A DNA stretch of 44,806 nt from Batkoa obscura. Taxonomy: Eukaryota. This document shows, one piece after another, positions 12,456 through 22,400 of the stretch (the first letter of the stretch is position 1; the number at the start of each line of letters is the position of its first letter). The position numbers were made by a program, and so were the translations under genes. The notes beneath the pieces are model-generated. The model saw only the letters and a list, made by a program, of their open reading frames with translations, made no database searches and was not told the DNA's origin. Where the stretch lies: assembly GCA_030770535.1 (NCBI GenBank), contig JASVEC010000127.1, forward strand, positions 1 through 44,806, written 5' to 3'.

Positions 12456-13562
12456 GGAATTGTCTCTGGATTAGTTTCATTATTTTATCCAATTTTTGAA
12501 AAAAAATTTATTTTAAAAACTTCGCTTAAAATTCTATAAAATCACATCTTTTATTAAAACAAAAGTACCCCCGAACGCAGTTCTAGATCATTCTATTATA
12601 GTTTATACTGTAAATTAGATGAATTTCTACTAGATATTAAATATATATTCTTATAAAGCTTAATTGAGAAATATTTATTATCGACTGGCTTTATAATTAA
12701 CATTGTAGATTTGTTATCAAATAAATAAACTATTTTAATGTTATAATTACATTATTAATATATTGCCAAGTTAATAAATAGCTGTATGGGAGGGTGTGAT
12801 TAACCCCAAAACTATAATTAACCATCCCTATATAGTACAAGTAATAATAGTTTTTACATATTATTACAGTTACTTGTTCTTTGATTATTTGTTAACTTAG
12901 CTACTTAACAACTTAAGTAATCTTAACACTTAATATATTTCTATCATTCAACAAACTACTTACTTGCTTAGTAAATATCGAAATTTTTAAATTCTCTGTT
13001 ATCTTCGTAGGGTAAGCTGGGATCGATCTTTTAATTTTTCTGTTTTCTATAGACTCTATAACTCTAATTGGAACTATATCGCTCTTTTTGATGTATCAGA
13101 TACTGGATAACAATGTAGTTTATTGTTATGTTTAATAAAGTGTAAATACTTCTTAATGCCTTGCATCTCTATTATTATTTTTGTATTTTTGTTTCTTTCA
13201 TACTTTCATACTTTTTAAAAATTATATCTGTTTTGCTATTATTAATAGTCGAGTTATTAATTTTATTATGCTCGCAAATAAAAGCCTCAAATCTTGAAAC
13301 TAATTGATTAATGTCTTCTATTTTACCTAATGCTTCAAAACTACTTTTCCATTTTGAAAGATTTCCAATATGTCCATCAACTATACTTTTCCCATGATGG
13401 TCAGCAAAAAAATTAAGATTAACATTCAAACTACTATTTATTTTATGAATTTCTTTAAACATATGGGGATGTATTTTTTTGTTTAAGAATTTTACTAACA
13501 ATCTTTCCGCTCAAATAGAGCTTAAAAGATAGAAAAAGTAACGAAACCAAAAAAAACATCCC
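12456..13562 (-). mobile_element. Sola2-like transposon, copy 4: right TIR plus 3' third, ending at the outer end of MITE-3
   Basis: Near-identical to 765-1868. Includes MITE 13465-13562 and homology stops at its CATCCC end. Confidence 0.9.
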
Positions 13563-13628
13563 AGTATAATTAAAAAAATAAACCAATGAAAACAAGTCTT
13601 TGAATTCTTAAATTTAATTTTAAGCTTT

Positions 13629-14092
13629 TGTGAAATATCGCTTTGTCAGTCCCATGGTTAATTATAGTATAACAATCGCCTAAGCTGTTGTGTTCTTGAG
13701 TTCAGAGGAAATCAATCCCATGTTCTTATTTTGATTTGTTATGAGAATTTCTAGCTCCATCCAAAAGAATATTATCTTCTCATTTTGATATTTATACTTT
13801 TCAGAGTATAAAAGAGTTTACAGAGTATAGTAGTTCGAGGCTTTTTAACTGAATTATTCCCTGATATCTCGAACATTTAATAAAGCCACTAAGTTTTCTT
13901 AATAGTATTTTACGTAGATTTTACATTAGTATTGTCTATTCTATTTGTCTTATATGGCTTGTAACCTATTACGTGCTATTCCTCATAATGCAAGTCTATC
14001 TTAGTCACATAAACTAAGACCTTTCGACTTATAGTGTAGTCAACCCAGCAATAGCTATTCTTGACTCCAAACCCTGAGTACCAGATTTCACA
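13629..14092. mobile_element. Solo LTR, 464 bp
   Basis: TG...CA ends with 8-bp inverted repeat TGTGAAAT/ATTTCACA, 4-bp TSD CTTT, and a diverged second copy at 16982-17412. Confidence 0.7.
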
Positions 14093-14116
14093 CTTTTTAA
14101 ATTCAACCAATCATAT

Positions 14117-14214
14117 GGGAGTGTTTTTTTTGGTTTCATACTTTTTTCATTTTTTAAGCACTATTTGAGTGGAAAAGCTATTAATAAAATCCTTAAACAC
14201 AAAAATACATCCCC
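14117..14214. mobile_element. MITE copy
   Basis: GGGAGTG...CATCCCC, ATAT TSD. Confidence 0.92.
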
Positions 14215-14218
14215 ATAT

Positions 14219-14292
14219 ATTAAGAACCTAGAGATTTAAAAACTTAGAAGCTGGATTAAGTTCTAAATCCTGAAACTAATTCGAACATCCCC
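14219..14292 (-). mobile_element. Left end (~75 bp) of a diverged sister Sola2-like element
   Basis: Reverse complement GGGGATGTTCGAATTAGTTTCAGGATTTAGAACTTAATCCAG aligns to left end GGGGCTGTCCTAATTGGTTTCAGAATTACTTAGAAATTAATCCAA. Confidence 0.75.
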
Positions 14293-14906
14293 ATATATTG
14301 TTTCCTTTTCTTAAATAGTTAATTTTTCTAACTATGTGTTTCATGTTATCTCTGTTAAATATTCAATAAATATCTAATAAATATTTAATATATAACTATA
14401 TAACTATATAATTATATAAATACAATTATTTGGCTTTATTTTTTGTTGAAATAAAAATAAAATGCAAACTTTCATAACTAAACTTCGAAATCGAATTTTT
14501 GAAAATTTCAATACAATAGGGAGGAGTACACAATATAAACATTGTAATTCATTTACATCAATTTTAAGAACTACTTATAACAATCCAAGGTTTATGGAAT
14601 TTTATAATAAAACAAAACAAAGAAAAGATATATTATCAAAGTTTACTATTGATAATAATAAACTTAATCAAGTAATGTATAAAATTAGTGCTTTAAGGGA
14701 AACAGGAAACAAAAGTCAGCAAGTAGCGTTATTATCAACTATAGCTTCAGTATATTCTTTTGATGAATGTAAGAATTTTGGATTTAGTATAAACAGAAAT
14801 CAATATGATTATTCAAAAACAAGTAATAATAATAAAATATCAACATTAAAACCTATTATTAAAAATACAAAAAAAATTAAAGATGACCAAATTGAAACTA
14901 TTATAC

Positions 14907-15005
14907 GGGAGTGTTTTTTTTAACTTCATTATTTTTTCCATCTTTTAAACACTATTTAAGCGGAAAATTTGTTAGTAAAATTCTTAAACACAAAAATACA
15001 TCCCC
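14907..15005. mobile_element. MITE, insertion 1 in copy 3 transposase
   Basis: ATAC TSD. Removal restores ETII-QYLLND. Confidence 0.92.
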
Positions 15006-15120
15006 ATACAATATTTACTAAATGATTTAACTATTTCATCAAGATTTAATAAAAAAAATAATGATAGTAAATATTCATCAGATAATATATATATCAAATA
15101 AAAGTAGAAGAATGATATAT

Positions 15121-15219
15121 GGGGATGTGGTTTTGTGTTTAAGAATTTTACTAGCAATTTTTCCACTCAAATGGCACTTAAAAGATAGAAAAAGTAATCA
15201 GGCCAAAAAAAACACCCCC
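15121..15219. mobile_element. MITE, insertion 2 (opposite orientation to 1 and 3)
   Basis: ATAT/GTAT flanks. Removal restores RRMIY-SKYLND. Confidence 0.9.
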
Positions 15220-15819
15220 GTATAGTAAATATTTGAATGATCTAAGAGATAAAGCAGTAGCTAGGTCAACGTTCTTTAAATATATACCGTAATTTCAAAA
15301 ATCCAGCAAGAAAAACGGATCTATGTAATATATGTACCCAGTATACAGTTAGAAAAAAGTTATTTGAAAATAAAATAAATACAGCAAAAAACAAAGCAGA
15401 GATACAAGAAATTTTCAACGAAGAAGAAAAATTATACAAATTACATAAATTCTGTGTTGATACTCAAAAAAACACAATGAAACTATTAAAAAATTAAATA
15501 ACAAAAGTTGTATAATAGTTTTGGATTTTAAGCAAAATATGGAAATAGGGACAAGATCAGATTCAATAAATTTAGATCATTATAATAAACAAGCTATATC
15601 AGTATTAGGTTTTGGTGTATTATCTTCAAAAGATGATAAAACAATAGGCAAAGTTTACTTTGATTATTTATCTGAAATATTGAATCATGATTCAGCATAT
15701 GCAGGAGATTGTTTAATCGATTTAATCTCTACAGAGCTTCTATTTAAAAAGCTTACAAAAATTAATATATGGGCAGATACAGGAAATCATTTTAGATCCC
15801 AAGAGTTTCTACACTATAT

Positions 15820-15918
15820 GGGGATGTTTTTTTTGGTTTCGTTACTTTTTCTATCTTTTAAGCTCTATTTGAGCGGAAAGATTGTTAGTAAAATTCTTAA
15901 GCAAAAAAATACATCCCC
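15820..15918. mobile_element. MITE, insertion 3 in the catalytic domain
   Basis: ATAT TSD. Removal fuses ORFs 15521.. and 15882.. as FLHY-MFKEIH. Confidence 0.93.
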
Positions 15919-16981
15919 ATATGTTTAAAGAAATTCATAAAATAAATAGTAGTTTGAATGTTAATCTTAATTTTTTTGCTGACCATCATGGGAAAAGTAT
16001 AGTTGATGGACATATTGGAAATCTTTCAAAATGGAAAAGTAGTTTTGAAGCATTAGGTAAAATAGAAGACATTAATCAATTAGTTTCAAGATTTGAGGCT
16101 TTTATTTGCGAGCATAATAAAATTAATAACTCGACTATTAATAATAGCAAAACAGATATAATTTTTAAAAAGTATGAAAGTATGAAAGAAACAAAAATAC
16201 AAAAATAATAATAGAGATGCAAGGCATTAAGAAGTATTTACACTTTATTAAACATAACAATAAACTACATTGTTATCCAGTATCTGATACATCAAAAAGA
16301 GCGATATAGTTCCAATTAGAGTTATAGAGTCTATAGAAAACAGAAAAATTAAAAGATCGATCCCAGCTTACCCTACGAAGATAACAGAGAATTTAAAAAT
16401 TTCGATATTTACTAAGCAAGTAAGTAGTTTGTTGAATGATAGAAATATATTAAGTGTTAAGATTACTTAAGTTGTTAAGTAGCTAAGTTAACAAATAATC
16501 AAAGAACAAGTAACTGTAATAATATGTAAAAACTATTATTACTTGTACTATATAGGGATGGTTAATTATAGTTTTGGGGTTAATCACACCCTCCCATACA
16601 GCTATTTATTAACTTGGCAATATATTAATAATGTAATTATAACATTAAGATAGTTTATTTATTTGATAATAAATCTACAATGTTGGTTACAAAGCGGTTG
16701 ATAATAAATATTTCTCAATTAAGCTTTATAAGAACATGTATTTAAGATCTAGTAGAAATTCAACTAACTTACAGTATGAGCTATAATAGAATGATTTAGA
16801 ACTGTGTTTGGGTACTTTTGTTTTAATAAAAGATGTGATTTTATAGAATTTTAAGCGAAGTTTTTAAAATACAAAATTTTTCAAAAATTGGATAAAATAA
16901 TGAAACTAATTCAGACAACCCCATATACTAGACATATATATTATACAAATCTGTTTTTTACTATATTTCTAAATTACTTGG

Positions 16982-17412
16982 TACGAAACCTAGTACTTCA
17001 GTAATTGGAGTTAAAGGCAGTTCTTGCTTGATTAATTAGTTATAAGCCAAAAGGTCCGAATTTCTGTAATTAAAATGGACTATAGATTATGTAAAACAAA
17101 TAGAATAAGCAATACTATTGTAAAATTTATATAAAATACTTTTAAAAAGTTAATGGCTTTAGTAAAAATATAATATCAGGGAATAACTCAATTAAAAAAC
17201 CTCAAGCTATTATCTTAAAGAATTTTTTTATACTTTAATGAGCATAAATATCAAAATAAAAGGATAATTTCTTTGCAGTGTGAAGTGAGAAATTCCTGTA
17301 GCAAATTAAAATAAAAGACCCTGAATTAATTATGGCTCAACTTGAGAATATAATGGCCTAAGTGATTACTATGTTATAATCAATCATAAAACTGATGAAA
17401 TATTATTTCATA
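16982..17412. mobile_element. Diverged solo LTR, inverted relative to 13629-14092
   Basis: Colinear similarity, e.g. ACAAATAGAATAAGCAATACTATTGTAAAAT vs ACAAATAGAATAGACAATACTAATGTAAAAT. Ends ATTTCATA, no clear TSD. Confidence 0.65.
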
Positions 17413-17827
17413 TTTTATGGAGATGTGTTTTTTTGTTTAGGAATTTTATTAATAGTTTTTATTATACACAATAATAGATATATATTTTATTTAATATGTT
17501 TTATATTATTACATAGTACCAGTTTTAAATCCTTTTATTTAATTTTAAAAAAAATAATATTGTTAATTTTTTTTAATAACAATGGATCATTATATTACCA
17601 AAGATTATCTTTTTATGCCAGTTACTTTTGATTTATAATAAAAGAAATAAAGCAAAAATTTAATTAAGGTTAAATATTTTATCAGGATAAAAGATGATTT
17701 ATTTTGTGCCAGATGTAATTTAGTAACACCAACTATTACATATAAAAAATAAATTAAAGATGTTAAGATTTCTTATTTTTTTTGAGTTACTTGGGTTTGT
17801 TATTACTCATTTAAGCTTACAGCATAT

Positions 17828-18015
17828 GGGAGTGTTTTTTTTAGTTTATTTTTCCATTTTTTAAGCGCTATTTATGTGGAAAAATTGTTAGTAAAATTCT
17901 TAAATACAAAAATACATCCCCATATGGAGATGTATTTTTTGTTCAAGAATTCTACTAACAATTTTCCGCTCAAATAGTACTTAAAGATAGAAAAAGTAAC
18001 AAAACAAAAAAAACC
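17828..18015. mobile_element. Two back-to-back inverted MITEs (17828-17921 and 17926-~18015) sharing one ATAT
   Basis: ...ATACATCCCC-ATAT-GGAGATGTAT...; both carry the family core. Confidence 0.88.
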
Positions 18016-19553
18016 CTGTGTTTTATTTTTAGCTTAACTATTATGTTTATAATTTAATAAACATTTGATAAACATGTTTTCAAATTGTTAGTTTTAAAAA
18101 TAAAACATATAAATTGATTTGTGAGTTTAATTTAAAAAACAAAATTACAATTCAAATAATGATCTAGCTATATATCCTCTTAAAAGTACTAAAGTAACCA
18201 CTTTATAGTTGTACTATCAATTCCATTCGTGTATTGAAGAGGTCAACTTAAATCGAAATTTGATTCTAAAGCCAACTAATAAGTTTAGAATCAATAAAAT
18301 TTCCCACAATCTTTTCAATCCAGCAGTATAAATATCATTTTTTTCTCATCTTTCTCTCCTTTGAGTTTCAAATTCAACTTTCTAGTTTTTATCTTATTGA
18401 AAGTAAATATGGGAGATATACAGCGAACCACTTGAACGGAATGGTTTTTTTTATAAAGAGTTGGAAAAAAAGCTAAATTTTCATACTTTTTTTTGAAAAA
18501 TGTGGACTAAGTTGGTATTGTTGTAATGTCTTTAGAAGGTTGGAAGAGAGATTAAGGAGTTTGTTTACATAATAAAGTGAAAGCTTGAACCGGCGTTTGA
18601 GTGGAAGCTTATCAAACCTGCTAGAGCCCTTGAAAAAGGGGGAAAGCGGGTTATCTTTTTTAATAATTTTGATTGAGAGAACTAAATATGGTCCTGAATT
18701 AAAAAACTACTTAAAGAGACTATTTAGTTAAATAATCAAGCGTCATACTTGATATAACTTCATCTTGTATAGTTGCTTTATAATTTCGTATATAAGTGAA
18801 TGAAAGTTTATTTGTTGCGATTTGAAATTGAAATACTAAATAAAGCCAAACTGGCAATATGTTATGCTTTATTAATCTAGTTAAAGGTGATTGACAGATA
18901 ATTTTTATACTAGGAGGGATGATATGAGTCTATTATGATTCTTTTCTAAACTGTTAAATAGAAATGTTTTTGATTAAATAAATAAAATGACTTTTAATTT
19001 CTTGATATAATTTTAATAAAGATTGTATATGGATAAAGAATAATTGATCATAAATGGGTATAGAATATAGAGCATTGGTTTAATTTTATTCCGATTATAA
19101 AATCCTTATTTTGTTAGTAATTAAATTATAACTTATAAGTTATAATATAAAGATATTTTGTTATTTCAACGTTTATCCAGTGTTTTTCAAATTTTTGCTC
19201 AATAAAAAGTGAACAAAACACTGAGACTTAAAAACCTCGTTATTTTTATTAAAAACTACCTTTAATATCATCTTACTCCATCGTCTATTTTACTCAACTA
19301 AACAAAGGTTATAAGATCACCAGAATATCATGTATATACTGCTTATAGCATACACCCCCTCAAAATTTTAGCTATATCATTTCCTAAGTTCTTATTGTCA
19401 TTCTAACAAACTATGTAATACCAAATGCTTAAATTCTCCCCACCAATAAAAATCTGTGTACTAAGCTTCAAGCTATAAAAGTGACTATAATCTATAGTTT
19501 ATACTTTACTAAACAAAGATACTTGAAACTATCTATAAGAAAAAGAAAAGAAA

Positions 19554-22256
19554 ATGTCCACCTGTCCGCATATAGCGAATACTGAATTTAAAATAGCTAA
19601 TCCCAATTTGGATTATTATCCAGAAGAATGTTATTATTGTTTTGATGATCAGGTAAGCATATATTTTCATTTATATTTTAATATTCATTTCCATATCCAT
19701 TAACTATTATAAAAATCAAATTTCATAACTGATCAATTTCAAATCAAATATCAGGACACTCCGCCTGGTGTTTCCGTATGTCTCAGTTGTTTATTTGTTG
19801 GTTGTGAAGGAGATGGGGAAAACGGAGAACGTATGAAACATAGTGAGTTGCATAAAATGAAATATCCCTCACATAATATCGTGTTAAGTATTAAAAGAAA
19901 CACAATTGAAAAAGAAGGGAGTAGAGTAAGTTTTAAATTATTAATTTAAAATAAAAAAGTGTTAATTTATGGGTTTATTTAGGATGAAGAAGGAGCACCA
20001 AGCCCTAAATTAACAAAATTGGAGATTGTTGATGAAGAACATAAAGTTGACTATCAGATGATTTATCAGCCTAAATGTTTAGAATGCAAAATTCAGCTAA
20101 ATAGTGGTGTAGATGAAAGGGTGATATATTAATATCTTCTCTTTAATGTTTTATATTAACTTTTTATTTTTATTTCGTTTAGTTGGATAAAGCCATCACT
20201 GCCATAGAAACTGGTACTTCTTCTTTACAACGCAATACTGTACAATCTTGGCAACCAAGTAAAAATTCATGTGAGCATGTGATTGGTGTTCATCAATTAG
20301 AGAATTTACCAAAGATTACTCAAAATGGTAAATATAATTATTTAACAATCATTCGCTTTATTAACTATTAATTTTTGTTCTTATTTAATAATAGTAAAAT
20401 GTGAAGATTGTGATTTAAAAGAAAATTTGTGGTTATGTTTAACATGTGGTAACCTTGGATGTGGTCGAAAACATTATGATGGATCTGGTGGTAATGAACA
20501 TGGATTAAATCATTTTCAGTTAAAAGGCCATGGGGCTTGTGTTAAATTAGGTACTATTACAGCTGATGGAACAGCAGGTAAATTAATCTATTCAATAACA
20601 ATACACCCTTTTTAAATAATAATAGATATTTATTGTTATCGATGTGATGATGAAATGATTGATCCAGAACTTAGTATTCATCTTAAACCTTTTGGTATTG
20701 AATTAGAAGAACAAATTAAAACAGAAAAGAATATGATGGAATTGCAATTAGAGCATAATTTGAAGTATGAGTTTAATATGACAACAGAAGATGGTCATAT
20801 GTTAACTCCATTATCTGGACCTGGTTACACAGGACTTAAAAATTTTGGTAATACTTGTTATTTAAATTCAGTTTTACAAGTTTTGTTGAGTATTCAACAA
20901 TTTAAAGATTTCTTGTTGACAGTGGGCAAACAGCATGTAATTGAATGTTACGAGAACCCTTTAAATTGCTTATTTTGTCAATTGGTAAAATTAGCAGATG
21001 GGATTTATTCTGGGAAATATAGCAAATTAAATGAAAATAACATGCAAGATGATAAACAACATCAAGAAGGCCTTACACCTATTATGTTTAAAAAATTAGT
21101 AGGTAAGGGACATGATGAATTTTCAACAATGAGACAACAGGATGCCTATGAATATTTTATATATTTATTAAATCAATTAGAAAGATTAGAAAATTTATAT
21201 TCCTTTGATACTATGGGAACCAAATTATTTAAGTTTGAATTGGAACAAAAATTGCAATGTTTACAGTGTAATAAAGTAAAATATTCAACTTCAACAGCCA
21301 CTTCTCTTTCTCTTCCAGTACCTGTAATTAAAGATGTGGGTTCAGAGGAGGATAATAGGTATTTGGAAGTGGAATTGGAAGAATGTTTTAAATTATTTTT
21401 TAGTAATGAAACCATTGAGAATTATCATTGTCCTAATTGTAAAATAGGATGTAAAGCAAGTAAAATCACCAAGTTTTTAACTTATCCTGAGGTTTTATTA
21501 ATTAGTTTAAATCGATTTGCATTAATTAATTGGATCCCAACTAAATTAGAAATTCCTGTAAAAATGCCAATAAATAATGATATTAGTCAATTATTACAAC
21601 AATATAAAGCAGATATTCATTCAGATGAAGAAGAGCTATTACCCGAAGATAATGAAGTAGAAGATGAGTTTATAGCTAATGAAATGGATGTAGAACAATT
21701 GATGATGATGGGATTTACTAGAAATAAATGTATTCGAGGTTTAAAAGCCACAAATTCTGATAAAGAAGCAGCAATTGCTTGGATTTTTGATCACTTAGAA
21801 GATCCAGATATTGATGAACCTTTGTCAACTAACAGCAATAATAACAGTAATAATAGCGAATTTACACCGACAATGGAGCAAATCATGATCTTGGCTTCTA
21901 TGGGATTTCCTGAAGATCATGCAATTTCTGCAATTAAAGCAACAAATGGAGATATGGATAGAGCAGTAGAATGGATCTTTAATCATCCGATTGGAAGTAT
22001 CATTGATGATCATCAAACCCAATCTCAGACAACTGACAATAGTAATAATCAATATAATAATGGCCATGATAATGTAAATCAAAGTTATAAATTAAAATCT
22101 TTTATATCTCATAAAGGTACTTCAGTACATACAGGTCATTACGTAGCTCATATCAATTTAAACCAAGAATGGACTTTATTTAATGATAATAAAGTAGCCA
22201 ATCAACCTAATCCACCTATGGAAAATGCTTATGTTTATCTATTTCAAAGGGAATAA
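19554..22256 (+). CDS. UBP14: Ubiquitin C-terminal hydrolase 14 / isopeptidase T (USP5-like), 6 exons, 788 aa
   Basis: Exons 19554-19652, 19755-19925, 19983-20120, 20183-20327, 20395-20577, 20626-22256 join in frame over GT-AG introns. ZnF-UBP (NLWLCLTCGNLGCGR), Cys box GLKNFGNTCYLNSVLQ, QQDAYEY, two UBA domains (MGF), His box HKGTSVHTGHYVAH. Confidence 0.96.
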
Positions 22257-22400
22257 AATTAGGCTATTAAGTTATATAATTACATTATTATTGGAATTAT
22301 TATTGAATATATATTATTTAATAAAAATTTACTCTTTTTTATTTCAATATAAAAAACTTTAAATACTAGTATTGCTTGGAATAATAAAAAATAGGTCAAA

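Larger units (their letters stand above)
14462..16470 (+). pseudogene. Sola2-like DDD transposase pseudogene, ~565 aa when reconstructed
   Basis: After removing three MITE+TSD inserts and about five frameshifts: ...ARSTFFKYIP.NFKNPARKTDLCNIC...CIIVLDFKQN...LNHDS...IWADTGNHFRSQEFLHYMFKE...FFADHHGKSIVDGHIG...GIKKYLHF..., stop at 16468-16470. The Sola2 assignment comes from recalled motif style (DFxxN / SD(G) / HGKxxxD) plus GGG termini and 4-bp TSD. Confidence 0.75.
14297..16922 (+). mobile_element. Sola2-like transposon, copy 3: lacks the first ~130 bp, right TIR intact
   Basis: Near-identical inverted copy of 765-3392 with the same three MITEs. Ends GAAACTAATTCAGACAACCCC-ATAT. Confidence 0.9.

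Noticed and set aside
14907..15918. MITE inserts as spliceosomal introns (introners) that would leave the transposase functional
   Set aside because: Their ends are GGG...CCC rather than GT...AG, they occur in both orientations, and about five extra frameshifts remain after removal.
15090..16300. Programmed ribosomal frameshifting or an alternative genetic code in the transposase
   Set aside because: The shifts go in different directions, and host genes translate cleanly with the standard code.
1427..17631. Short ORFs 1427-1612, 2522-2704, 6509-6697, 7804-7989, 14984-15166, 17395-17631
   Set aside because: Antisense or MITE-derived frames within repeats, low complexity, no motifs.
8794..18015. 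Repeat-spacer pattern resembling a CRISPR-like array
   Set aside because: The repeats are ~99 bp, irregularly spaced, in both orientations and have TSDs. No cas-like gene is present. Dispersed MITE insertions explain the pattern.
19125..19146. Perfect 22-bp palindrome ATTATAACTTATAAGTTATAAT upstream of UBP14
   Set aside because: Almost all A/T and single copy, so no function can be supported.
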